From positions 550,325-582,324 of the forward strand of contig NC_003902.1 in the NCBI RefSeq assembly GCF_000007145.1: a stretch of DNA of 32,000 bases. The letters run 5' to 3'. The position numbers were made by a program, and so were the translations under genes. The notes under the pieces are model-generated. The model was given only the letters and a program-made list of their open reading frames with translations, did not search any database and was not told the DNA's origin. This document shows, in pieces, positions 1 through 10,699 of this stretch (positions are counted from its first letter, which is position 1; every line of letters begins with the position of its first letter). The DNA is from Xanthomonas campestris pv. campestris str. ATCC 33913 (GTDB lineage: Bacteria; Pseudomonadota; Gammaproteobacteria; Xanthomonadales; Xanthomonadaceae).

Positions 1-458
1 GCGAAGTGGTAGACCTGCTGATCGCCGGTGTCCGGTGTGCGGACCAGTACCTGGCGGCCATCGGCTTCTTCGGAAATCGTGACCTCGCGGCCGCCGTTGC
101 GGGCTGCCTCCAGGTTCGGGATGACAGGCCATTCGACCTTGGCAAGCGGAACCGTGCGGGTGACCGGGGTGGGCTCGGGCTGTGCGTCCGGGTCGAGTTG
201 GATCATCGTCAGCGGATCGGCCGTGGCTTTTTCCTGTACCGCAATGTCTGCACTGAAGCTTTTCAGAAACGCAGAGAAGTCGGCGCTGGGACAGGTTGTC
301 GCCTGCGCGGGCGTTGCCGGAACGGTGGCGGATGCCGACGCTGCAGGTGCTGCATTCGCAGCAGGTGTCGCAGCGCCGGCTGGCTCAGCCTGCGGCTTGC
401 AGGCAACCAGTGCCAGGCTCAGTGCGAGAGCGTGCAGGGACGTTCGGAAAAGGGCCAA
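1..458 (-). CDS. Putative lipoprotein, partial (runs off left window edge); TTG start, not in supplied ORF track
   Basis: The reverse-strand frame is open from 458 to the window edge. AGGAGG lies 5 nt upstream of the TTG (plus-strand 456-458). The N-terminus LALFRTSLHALALSLALVAC is a signal peptide with a lipobox, followed by an Ala/Pro/Thr-rich linker. Third codon positions are GC-rich. Confidence 0.45.
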   Translation of the reverse strand, partial: MALFRTSLHALALSLALVACKPQAEPAGAATPAANAAPAASASATVPATPAQATTCPSADFSAFLKSFSADIAVQEKATADPLTMIQLDPDAQPEPTPVTRTVPLAKVEWPVIPNLEAARNGGREVTISEEADGRQVLVRTPDTGDQQVYHF

Positions 459-748
459 TGGATCCTCCTGATCATAGCGGGCAAGCTGGAGCGCGGGCGG
501 GATGTTATACGCGCGCTGCTTGCCGATGTGTGAAGGCTTGCGGAGCGTGGGTTGCACAAACTGGCCGGCATGCGGCAGGCCAATGTCCTCACAGAACAAG
601 CAGCCTGACGGTGGCCCCGGGGCTCGGGTGAGTCCGCGGCCGTTGATTGCTGTCAGCAAAGCCAGGTTATCTCGATCGAGCCTGTGCAAAGATCATCATG
701 CTTTGATCATGGTTTTGGCCGGAAATTTATCCGGTATGGCGCGGCTGA

Positions 749-1435
749 CTATATCCCGTTTGAAAATACATCGAGTGCATCCGCACCCACCCATCCCTGT
801 GCGCAGTCGCCGACATACTGGCCTGGGGCAGCGGCATGGCAGCTCCCGCCAGTGGCGCTCTTCGAACGTTGGATCGGCCTGTCACCATATGTTCGGCATG
901 CCGGGTTGTTTTTGCATCCGGCAACACTGTCTGCAGGAATCGCAATGACGTAGTAATACAGTGGATTCTGTCCGGCGCGGCCGATCGCTTGAATGCAGAC
1001 GAGCTGGCCCTGCGCCAGCCTGGCTCTGGCGACCACGCTACTGCCAGTGGTCGGCACCGCATCAAGTACATCCACCCCGCTTGCCTGCGCCACGCCGGCA
1101 AACAAGCCCGCATCGTCACACGCAGGCGAGAGCTCCACGTCGTAGAAATCGCCGGCATCGACATTTCCGGCCGTGCAGCCTTTTGCCATGTTCGCATCGG
1201 CACACTGCACGCCGCTTGCCTGTAGCAACGTCGCAAGCCGGTCATTGAGGGAAGCGCCAGAAGAAGCCGGTGCGCGCGTTGCTGCAGGCGCCGATGCCGA
1301 TGCCGTCGATGTGACTGGCGGCGTGGCAGCGGGGGCTGATTCGCCGGCGCTGCACGCGCTCACTGCAAGCAGCCCGGGCAGCAGTGCGTTGCGTAACGCC
1401 GGCAATCTGCGGAATGAAAAATGTGAGAGTGCCAT
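749..1435 (-). CDS. Putative lipoprotein (228 aa), Cys-rich mature part
   Basis: ATG with GGAAG upstream. The N-terminus MALSHFSFRRLPALRNALLPGLLAVSAC is a signal peptide with lipobox VSAC, followed by an Ala/Pro/Ser/Thr linker. I recognise no family. Confidence 0.6.
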   Translation of the reverse strand: MALSHFSFRRLPALRNALLPGLLAVSACSAGESAPAATPPVTSTASASAPAATRAPASSGASLNDRLATLLQASGVQCADANMAKGCTAGNVDAGDFYDVELSPACDDAGLFAGVAQASGVDVLDAVPTTGSSVVARARLAQGQLVCIQAIGRAGQNPLYYYVIAIPADSVAGCKNNPACRTYGDRPIQRSKSATGGSCHAAAPGQYVGDCAQGWVGADALDVFSNGI

Positions 1436-1551
1436 CGCGACTTCCTTGGCTAACAGATCTCGTCAGGTGCGTCCTTCAGCGCTCAAGAAAGAGCGCTGCC
1501 CGCCATTGCTGCTTTAGTACAGCCTCAAAGCCTCGGGAGTGGGGCCTTGAA

Positions 1552-2478
1552 TCAATCGACCGAAATACCCGCCAGCCTCTGCAACGCCTCGGCATATTTC
1601 GCACGCGTGCGTTCGATTACATCCGCCGGCAGGCGCGGGCCCGGTGCGGTCTTGCCCCAGTCCAGCGTCTCCAGATAATCGCGCACGAACTGCTTGTCGT
1701 AGCTCGGCGGGCTGGTGCCCAGCTCGTACTGGTCGGCGGGCCAATAGCGCGACGAATCCGGGGTCAGCATCTCGTCCATGATGTACAGGCGGCCATCGGC
1801 GTCGGTGCCGAATTCGAACTTGGTGTCGGCCAGCAAAATGCCGCGTTCGGCGGCAAAATCGGCGGCGAAACGATAGATGCGCAAGGTGGCATCGCGCACG
1901 CGCTCGGCCAGCTCGGCGCCGACGGTCTTGACCATCGCATCGAAGTCGATGTTCTCGTCATGGTCGCCGACCGCAGCCTTGGTCGAAGGGGTAAAGATCG
2001 GCTCGGGTAGTTTCTCGGCCTGGCGCAGGCCATCGGGCAATTCGATGCCGCTGATCTTGCCGGTGCGCTGATAGTCCTTCCAGCCGCTGCCGATCAGATA
2101 GCCGCGTGCGATCGCTTCCACCGGCACCGGCTTGAGCTTGCGCGTGACCACCGCGCGCTTGGCGTACAGCGCCGGATCCACGCCCTCAGGCAGCACCTGC
2201 TCGACGCGGATGTCCACCAGATGGTTGGGCATCAGGTGTTCGGTCTTGTGGAACCAGAAGTTGGACACCTGGCAGAGCATTTCGCCCTTGCCGGGAATCG
2301 GGTCGGGCAGCACCACGTCGAACGCAGACAGGCGGTCGGTGGCCACCATCAACAGATAGTCGCCGGGGGGCGCATCGGCGGGCAGGCGGTCGCGGGGAAT
2401 GTCGAAGACATCGCGGACCTTGCCACGGTGGCGCAACGGCAGGCCGGGGAGATCGGATTGCAACAGCGTGGTCGACAC
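1552..2478 (-). CDS. purC: Phosphoribosylaminoimidazole-succinocarboxamide (SAICAR) synthase
   Basis: Strong family resemblance ([31 protein letters not shown]). The track ORF (374 aa) is N-terminally over-extended. A GTG at 2478-2476 is preceded by AGGAG and gives 308 aa starting [15 protein letters not shown]. Confidence 0.9.
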
Positions 2479-2813
2479 AGGCACTCCTAAGGACGTCGCA
2501 ATGACGCTGTCCCCAGGACCCGGCGGGCCCGCGGGTAGGCAGCGGGCCGCGTAGTGTACGGTGCTTCGCGGCGCCCCGCTGCACGCAGTGGCTGGCAGGC
2601 GTTGCACTGCCAGCTGGCGGCCATGGCCGCTATGCCCAACCGGCAGGGCCGACGGCCGCACCCGGGTGTCAGGCACGCTGCCGCTGGCATGCGGCGCGTC
2701 GCAAACCTACCCGGTACTTCGCCCATGAGCGCCTCGCACGCCGATCGACAGCCAAGCCACACAGGGCTTCGGGTAAAATCGCCGGCCCGCCTCTTTGGCT
2801 GCCGATCGCCCCC

Positions 2814-3143
2814 ATGTCCTGGTACGGAAAATTGCTCGGCGCACTTGCCGGCGCCTTGCTGTTCCGCGGGGCGCCGCTGATCGGGGTGATGATCGGCCTG
2901 GCGATCGGGCATGCGGTGGATGCGGGCTGGTTCAAGCGCCGCGAAGAGAACCCGTACGAGGCACTGGGCCTGGAAGCAGACGCCACCAAAGCCGAGATCG
3001 ACCTGGCCTATCGCCGCCTGATGTCGCGCTACCACCCCGACAAGGTGGCCAACGCCAGCCCGGAAGACCGCCGGCAGGCCGAAAAGAAGGCCAGCCAGAT
3101 CAACGCCGCCTACGACCGCATCCAGCGGCAGCGCAAGCGCTGA
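2814..3143 (+). CDS. Small membrane-anchored J-domain (DnaJ-like/DjlA-like) protein
   Basis: The N-terminus has hydrophobic segments. The C-terminus has a J-domain signature (YEALGL ... YRRLMSRYHPDK with the HPD motif). Confidence 0.75.
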   Translation: MSWYGKLLGALAGALLFRGAPLIGVMIGLAIGHAVDAGWFKRREENPYEALGLEADATKAEIDLAYRRLMSRYHPDKVANASPEDRRQAEKKASQINAAYDRIQRQRKR

Positions 3144-3557
3144 GCTCTGACGGAGAGCGGGGCAACGGACCGTAGCAGGATCATCAGATCAATGCGGGGC
3201 TGCCTGATCCCATTTGCCCAACATCGGGTGTGCGTTGCTGAGCCATCCTCAGCATCTGACGCCGCGCATTGCGGGCACAGCCTCGCCCATAGGCCTGGCT
3301 CTCTCGGGCCAGAACTGCAGGAATGGAGGAACAGGCCTTGGAACAGTCCCTGAAAGAGACCGCGACTAGGCCTTGAATGCGCCGAATCAAACGAAAACCC
3401 GATGCGCGCATCGCTTGGCGAAGGCGCGTTCCAGAACCGACCCCGCAACAGTCGGCGAGGTCTTGCATAAACGCCCAGGAACCTAGAGATTCCCGGGCGC
3501 ATATGAGGCGAATATGTCACCCAGGGCCGAGCCCTCAGGCCAGGCCCTTTCGCCGGA

Positions 3558-4397
3558 TCAGAAGCGGTAGCTGGCGGTCAGGCGGATCGCATTGGACGAA
3601 AAATCCGTGTCCGTACGGCGCAGGTCGGTGCCGGCCGGGTTCACGCGCAGGAACGGGTTGGTCGCCGGGGCGGTGCCCGGGCCGACACGCACGCGGGTGT
3701 CTTCGTCCTGCAGGCGGGTGAACAGATATTCCACGCCCACCGAGACATGGTCGCTCAAGCGACGCTGCAGCCCGATGCCGGCCTGGTAACCGTTGGCACT
3801 GTCGCCACCGCTGCCGGTGAAGCTGTTGGCGGTGTTGCTGCTGGCAAAGCTGTGGTCGAACTCGCCGCGTGCCACGCCGGCGGTGACATACGCCAGGTAG
3901 TCGCCCTGTGCGCCGAACGCATAGCCCACGCGCCCGCGCAGCGCGGCGGTGCGATTGAGCTGGCGGGTAAAGGTGTACAGCGCCGGTGTGGTGCTGAAGG
4001 CGCTGACGCTGTCGCGCAGGTCGTTACGGGTGTATTCGGCCACCACGCCGTAGACCCAGTCGCCCACCTGCCAGTCGTAGCCGGCGCGCACGCCGTACTC
4101 GGCGCCGCCCTTGTCCTTGCTGCACCCGCTCGCCGGTGTGCGCCCGGCCGCAGCGCCACCGCAGAAGCCCGGCGAAAACGCATCCGCCCCGGTGGCGGTG
4201 CTGACCTGGTCGCCGTCGCGGCCGTCCAGGTTGGTATCGAAGCCGAAACGGCCGCCGGACACGCCGGCCGGGTCGGCGCCGCCCACATTGGCCCCCAGCG
4301 AGAAGCCGGACCAGTCAGCGGGGCCGGATTGCGCCCAGGCCGAGGGGGCCAGGGCAAATAGAACGAGGGCAGCGGAAGCGAGCGGGGTGGTTTTCAT
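3558..4397 (-). CDS. Outer-membrane beta-barrel protein (OmpA-like/opacity-porin type barrel)
   Basis: The internal start MKTTPLASAALVLFALAPSAWAQ is a signal peptide with AAGGA upstream. The sequence has alternating beta-strand patterns and the C-terminus ends in YRF (terminal aromatic). The 491-aa track ORF is over-extended. Confidence 0.8.
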   Translation of the reverse strand: MKTTPLASAALVLFALAPSAWAQSGPADWSGFSLGANVGGADPAGVSGGRFGFDTNLDGRDGDQVSTATGADAFSPGFCGGAAAGRTPASGCSKDKGGAEYGVRAGYDWQVGDWVYGVVAEYTRNDLRDSVSAFSTTPALYTFTRQLNRTAALRGRVGYAFGAQGDYLAYVTAGVARGEFDHSFASSNTANSFTGSGGDSANGYQAGIGLQRRLSDHVSVGVEYLFTRLQDEDTRVRVGPGTAPATNPFLRVNPAGTDLRRTDTDFSSNAIRLTASYRF

Positions 4398-4706
4398 GCG
4401 GTTTCCTTCATCTGGCGCGGCGCGCCGGTCCTTCACCCTACGCGCTGGCGTCCGCTGCGGATGCACTGACAATCGCTTTTTGGGAAGCGGTTGCGGATTT
4501 GGAAGACCTGCCAGGCAGCGGCTCTGGCCGATCGAGTGCAATACCGCCGGTGTTGGCTGCGCCAGGCGCCCATCGCCGGCAGCCAACGCCAAGCCGGCCC
4601 GAAGCTCCACCGCACGCCCGCTTGCAGAGCAGCTGCCGCCGCGCTCGGCTTTCCTCGCCGCGCCACGGTTGCGACAATGGGGCTCCTGCATTTTCCCGAG
4701 CTGCCC

Positions 4707-5378
4707 ATGCAACCGACGGCGATCGCCCCGTCCATCCTGTCTGCCGATTTCGCCCGCCTGGGCGAGGAAGTGGACAACGTCCTGAAGGCCGGTGCCGACT
4801 GGGTGCACTTCGACGTGATGGACAACCACTACGTGCCCAACCTGACCATCGGCCCGATGGTCTGCCAGGCGCTGCGCAAGCACGGCATCACTGCACCGAT
4901 CGACGTGCACCTGATGGTCGAACCGGTGGACCGCCTCGTGCCGGACTTCGCCGATGCCGGCGCCACCACCATCAGCTTCCATCCCGAAGCCAGCCGCCAC
5001 GTGCACCGCACGATCCAGCTGATCAGGTCGCACGGCTGCCAGGCCGGCCTGGTGCTCAATCCGGCCACGCCGGTGGACATTCTGGACTGGGTGCTGCCCG
5101 AGCTGGATCTGGTGCTGGTGATGTCGGTCAATCCCGGCTTTGGCGGGCAGGCGTTCATTCCCTCGGCGCTGGACAAGCTGCGCGCCATCCGCAGCAAGAT
5201 CGATGCGCTGGGCAAGCCGATCCGCCTGGAGATCGATGGCGGCGTCAAGGCCGACAACATCGGCGCGATCGCTGCCGCCGGTGCGGATACCTTCGTGGCC
5301 GGCTCGGCCATCTTCAATGCGCCCGATTACTCGCAGATCATTGCGCAGATGCGCGCGGCGGTGGATGCGGCGCGATGA
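4707..5378 (+). CDS. rpe: Ribulose-phosphate 3-epimerase
   Basis: [22 protein letters not shown] ... [12 protein letters not shown] ... VNPGFGGQ aligns with E. coli Rpe from residue 1. The track ORF start at 4491 is an upstream extension. Confidence 0.92.
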   Translation: MQPTAIAPSILSADFARLGEEVDNVLKAGADWVHFDVMDNHYVPNLTIGPMVCQALRKHGITAPIDVHLMVEPVDRLVPDFADAGATTISFHPEASRHVHRTIQLIRSHGCQAGLVLNPATPVDILDWVLPELDLVLVMSVNPGFGGQAFIPSALDKLRAIRSKIDALGKPIRLEIDGGVKADNIGAIAAAGADTFVAGSAIFNAPDYSQIIAQMRAAVDAAR

Positions 5379-5866
5379 GTCAGGCGCCGCTGCAGATCCG
5401 CCCCGCCACGCCCGCCGATGCGGCGCTGCTGCACGAACTGGTCACCGCGCTGGCGGTGTACGAGCGCGAGCCCGACGCGGTGAAGGCCACGCCGGAGGAT
5501 CTGCGCGCCAGCCTGTTCGGCGACGGTGCCACCGCGCACGCGTTGCTCTGCGAGCAGGGCGGCCAGGTGCTTGGGTTCGCGGTGTATTTCTTCAATTACT
5601 CCACCTGGCTGGGCCGCAACGGCCTGTATCTGGAAGACCTGTTCGTGCGGCCGCAAGCGCGCGGGCAGGGCGCCGGCCTGGCGCTGCTGCGGCACCTGGC
5701 GCAACTGGCGGTGGACAAGGGCTGCGGACGCTTCGAGTGGTCGGTGCTGGACTGGAACCAGCCGGCGATCGAGTTCTACCAGGCCGTGGGTGCCCGCCCC
5801 ATGGAGGGCTGGACCGTATACCGGCTCGATGGCGAGCGTCTGGCTGCGTTTGCTGCAGGTACCTGA
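5375..5866 (+). CDS. GNAT-family N-acetyltransferase
   Basis: The ATG overlaps the rpe stop (ATGA at 5375-5378). An acetyl-CoA binding motif is present ([17 protein letters not shown]), and the 163-aa length is typical of GNAT proteins. Confidence 0.8.
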   Translation: MSQAPLQIRPATPADAALLHELVTALAVYEREPDAVKATPEDLRASLFGDGATAHALLCEQGGQVLGFAVYFFNYSTWLGRNGLYLEDLFVRPQARGQGAGLALLRHLAQLAVDKGCGRFEWSVLDWNQPAIEFYQAVGARPMEGWTVYRLDGERLAAFAAGT

Positions 5867-6035
5867 GGCGCGCGGCGAGGGGTGAGCCGCGCGTCAGCCA
5901 GGCTCTAGGCTTGCCTGGCAGTTGACGCCCGCTTGGGGGCGCGAAGTGCAGGCCTGCCCCAGGGCATCCTGCTTCAACCATGCAGTTTGTGGCCAAGCAA
6001 CCGCGCGTCACCTCGCCACCCCTGCGAAACACGCA

Positions 6036-6065
6036 TAAAAAAGGCCGCCCCAATGGAGCGGCCTT
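6036..6065 (-). terminator. Rho-independent terminator oriented for the minus strand, with no annotated minus-strand gene upstream
   Basis: Stem AAGGCCGC/GCGGCCTT (6041-6048 / 6058-6065). An A6 run at 6037-6042 reads as a U-tract on the minus strand. A second hairpin, GGAGGC-N7-GCCTCC at 6077-6095, lies just upstream on the minus strand. Confidence 0.6.
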
Positions 6066-6238
6066 CAAGAAAATTTGGAGGCTGATCCTGCCTCCGCCCG
6101 TCGTCCCTGCTATGGCCTTCTATCCTCCGGGTCATCGATGACATGCCGATGACAGGTGCGGGCACTGCGTATTCACGATCCACGCATTCCGCCGCTGCTA
6201 GCCTGCGCGCACCACACCCTCCTCCATCGGCAGCGCGC

Positions 6239-7168
6239 ATGGCCCCGTCCCACTGGCGACTGATCCTCAACGGCAAGTCCACCGACAACGAGGATCTGCG
6301 CGAGGCGGTGGGCGTGCTGCGCAAGCGCGGCATCCAGCTCGATGTGCGCGTGACCTGGGAAGAGGGCGACGCCGAGCGCTACGTGGCCGAAGCCATCGCC
6401 GATGGCGTGCAGACCGTGGTCGCCGCCGGCGGCGATGGCACGCTGAGCGAAGTGGCCGCCGCACTGGCCCACCACCAGGACGACGCCGCCACGCTGCCAT
6501 CGTTGGGCCTGGTGCCGCTGGGCACCGCCAACGATTTCGCAACTGCCGCCATGATCCCGCTCGAACCGCTCGGCGCCCTGGGCCTGATTGCCGAACGTGC
6601 GGCCGAGCCCATCGACCTGCTGCGTATCGACGCCGACCACGGCCCGCACTGGTGCGCCAATGTGGCCAGCGGCGGCTTCGGCACTCAGGTCACCGTGGAA
6701 ACCGATGCGGGCCTGAAGAAGATGCTCGGCGGGCTGGCCTACCTGATCACCGGCATGTCGCGGCTGGGGCGGATCGACCCGATCAGTGCCCATTTCACCG
6801 GCCCGGATTTCAGCTGGGAAGGCGAATTCATCGCACTGGGCCTGGGCAACGGGCGCCAGGCCGGCGGTGGCCAGGCGCTGTGCCCGGAGGCACTGATCGA
6901 CGACGGCCTGCTCGATGTCACCATCGTGCCCGCGCTCAATGGCGAGGTCGCCGCCACGCTGGGCACCCTGGTCACCGGCGGCAAGCAGGCCGCGCTCGAA
7001 CGGGTCGCGGTGCGCACCCGGCTGCCCTGGCTGGAGATCGCTTCCGTGCAACCGCTCACCTTGAATCTGGATGGCGAACCGGAGACCTCGCGGCATTTCC
7101 GCGTCGAATGCGTGGCGGCCCGCCTGCGCATGCATTTGCCGATCGATTGCCCGTTGCGGAGCGCTTGA
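6239..7168 (+). CDS. yegS: YegS-like lipid kinase (diacylglycerol kinase catalytic-domain family)
   Basis: [49 protein letters not shown] parallels the E. coli YegS N-terminus. A GGDGT motif is present. The start at 6239 was chosen by homology; the track ORF begins at 6143. Confidence 0.85.
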
Positions 7169-7171
7169 AGC

Positions 7172-7214
7172 GGGGAATGGGGAATGGAGAATCGGGAATC
7201 GGGAATCGGGATTC
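7172..7214. repeat. Heptanucleotide microsatellite, 6 units (GGGGAAT x2, GGAGAAT, CGGGAAT x2, CGGGATT)
   Basis: Read directly from the sequence. It begins 3 nt after the yegS stop codon. Confidence 0.95.
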
Positions 7215-7251
7215 AAGCGAAGCAACTGCGGCTCAAGCGAAGCAACCGCCA
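7212..7251. repeat. Tandem 20-nt direct repeat (TTCAAGCGAAGCAACTGCGG / CTCAAGCGAAGCAACCGCCA)
   Basis: Read directly from the sequence: two adjacent near-identical copies. Confidence 0.9.
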
Positions 7252-7266
7252 ACGCACCGCTGTAAG

Positions 7267-7289
7267 CCCCTCTCCCTTTGGGAGAGGGG
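7267..7289. repeat. Perfect 10-bp palindromic hairpin CCCCTCTCCC-TTT-GGGAGAGGGG (REP-like intergenic element)
   Basis: Read directly from the sequence. It is followed by GGGG/GGG-rich sequence with no U-tract. It resembles intergenic palindromes that recur in Xanthomonadaceae genomes (from memory). Confidence 0.7.
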
Positions 7290-7650
7290 TTGGGGTGAGG
7301 GTGCCTGTGTCGACACACATGCCGCTACCAGGTAGCTCGCTCTGCACCGGCGCACGGCAATGTCTCACCGTGTGCAAAAAACGCGCTCCACAACAAGGAC
7401 GCGCTATCCGGAGCCGATGTCGGTCAGCCTGAGACGCCATAACCAACACCGCCCAACCTGGCACAACCCACCCTCGCAATTCCCGCAGTTTTCGCCTTGG
7501 CACCTGCTGCCCTAAACCGGCAGTTGCGCTACAGTACCCACGTGTCCCGCCTGACGACCCCACGCTCCTTCTCTTCCGCTCGCCGCTGGTGGCGATGGTG
7601 GCCCGTTGCCGTCGTCCGCCCCGCCACAGAGTCCCGGAAGGAAAGTCGTC

Positions 7651-9125
<1,475 letters not shown>

Positions 9126-9126
<1 letters not shown>

Positions 9127-10196
9127 TGGACGGGCAGGGCAGCGCTGCACGCATCAGCTTTCGCAACGATTACAGCGAGGGCGCACATCCGCGCGTCTTG
9201 CAGGCATTGGCGCAGGCCAGTGACGAGCAAAATGGCGGCTACGGCACCGATCGGCATAGCGAACGTGCTGCGGCATTGATCCGCAATGCCATCGCGCAAC
9301 CGCAGGCCGCCGTGCATCTGCTGGTCGGTGGCACGCAGACCAACCTGATTGCGATCAGCGCGTTTTTGCGCCCGCATCAGGCGGTGATTGCGGTGGAAGC
9401 GGGCCACATCGCCACGCACGAAACCGGCGCGATCGAGGCCACCGGGCACAAGGTGCTCACCGTCCCCGCGCTGCACGACAAGCTGACGCCTGCATTGATC
9501 GCGCCACTGCTTGCGGTGCACAGCAACGAGCACATGGTGCAGCCGCGCCTGGTTTATCTTTCCAACAGCACCGAGAGCGGCACCATCTACACGCGTGCCG
9601 AACTTGAGGCGCTCGCGCAGTTCTGCCGCGCGCACGACTTGCTGCTGTATCTGGATGGCGCGCGCCTGGGCGCGGCATTGACTGCCCATGGCAACGATCT
9701 GGATCTACCGACGATTGCCGCGCTCACCGATGCGTTCTACATCGGCGGCACCAAGAATGGCGCCTTGCTCGGCGAAGCGCTGATCATCGTGACGCCGGCG
9801 TTGCAGGCCGATTTCCGCTACCTGATCAAGCAACGCGGCGCGCTGCTGGCCAAGGGCATGGTGCTGGGTGCGCAGTTCGCTGCGCTTTTCGAAGAGGGGC
9901 TGTTCTTTGAGTTAGCCGCGCATGCCAATGCAATGGCGCAGCGGCTGCGTGCCGGCTTGCTGGCCGCCGGCGCCGAATTCACCAGCAACTCGCCGACCAA
10001 CCAGCAATTCATTGCCGTGAGCGCGCAGCAGGCCGAGCAGATCGCGCAGCGCTACGACTTCGAACGCTGGGAAACGCGCAGCGACGGCCGCCTGGTGATT
10101 CGCTTCGTGACCTCGTGGGCCACCACGCCTGCCGCAGTTGATCGTCTGTGCGCGTATGTTGCGGCCCTTTTGCAGCATCCTGCGGTGCAGTCATGA
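9126..10196 (+). CDS. Threonine aldolase / beta-eliminating lyase family PLP enzyme
   Basis: The ATG at 9126 overlaps the trpE stop (TGATG). The sequence has NDYSEGAHPRV, GGTQTNL, YLDGARL and a GGTKNG putative PLP-lysine loop. The track ORF start at 9057 lies inside trpE. Confidence 0.8.
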
Positions 10197-10209
10197 CTAG
10201 ATATCAAGG

Positions 10210-10575
10210 ATGACAGCGATTAACAGAATCGCTGGTTGGGTGCTCTCCGCTGCCCTGATGTTGCCGACTGTGGTCGCAGCGCAGATCAATAACTTGCCAT
10301 CGCGACCGCATTTGCTGATGAAAGGTCAGGCGTTCCTCACCGTCGATCCGGACTGGTTCATGATCGACCTCAGGGTCAGCAAGACCGAACTGCAGCCTGA
10401 TCTTGCGTGCAAGTTCATCAAGGAGCTTGCGCGCGTTGTCTTGGACGGATTGCAACGTAACCATGTGCTGAAGGATTCGCTGTACGCCTCCGCGTTGTCG
10501 ATCGCGCCGCAATCGCGTTATCAAGATTGCGCAGCCTTTTCGGCACAACGTTGGCGAGTCACCGGCGAAATTTGA
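10210..10575 (+). pseudogene. SIMPL/DUF541-like periplasmic protein, N-terminal half only (probable truncated remnant)
   Basis: A signal peptide (MTAINRIAGWVLSAALMLPTVVAAQ) is followed by a pattern like SIMPL N-termini (LLMKGQAFLTVDPDWFMIDLRV ... LYASALSIAPQSRY). It is 121 aa, about half the length I recall for the family. Confidence 0.4.
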
Positions 10576-10699
10576 GCCATAGCGATTGCTCGGCTCGTTG
10601 GCATCTGCGGCAGTCTGTCGGGTACTGCATCCGGTAAAATGGTCCGTCACCTGCCGAGCGTTTTGATGGCGCGGCAACCATCTGCGATTGAGGTTTCAT

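Noticed and set aside
1552-2676. Long N-terminal extensions of track ORFs (purC 374 aa; also OMP 3558-5033, rpe 4491, yegS 6143, aldolase 9057, trpC 21414, speD 24069, sugE 24939, coq7 to 26971, bfd 29031)
   Set aside because: Homology to known family N-termini and RBS positions support internal starts. The extensions overlap neighbouring genes or promoters.
3110-3520. ORFs of 136, 94 and 114 aa in the 414-bp gap between the J-domain gene and the OMP gene
   Set aside because: They have no RBS or start context, atypical composition and no recognisable motifs. The region is left as non-coding. A weak hairpin plus U-rich run (about 3395-3413, minus strand) may be the OMP gene terminator but is too short to call.
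5974-6333. 119-aa minus-strand ORF across the GNAT/yegS intergenic region
   Set aside because: It contains the terminator hairpins within its reading frame and overlaps the yegS start. The RNA-level interpretation (orphan terminator or sRNA) fits better.
7172-7251. Tandem repeats considered as a CRISPR array (also 25671-25719)
   Set aside because: Units are 7 or 20 nt, directly tandem with no spacers, and no cas genes are nearby. They are microsatellite or minisatellite repeats, not CRISPR.
10197-10203. CTAGATA at the left island edge, also present at 18848-18854: possible target-site duplication
   Set aside because: It is only 7 nt, so a chance match is plausible, and the right copy lies inside the conserved trpG coding sequence (codons for Leu-Asp-Asn). 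It is not convincing as an insertion scar.
10635-10640. TAAAAT as the -10 of an hsdR promoter
   Set aside because: No acceptable -35 lies at 16-18 nt spacing. It is too weak to annotate.
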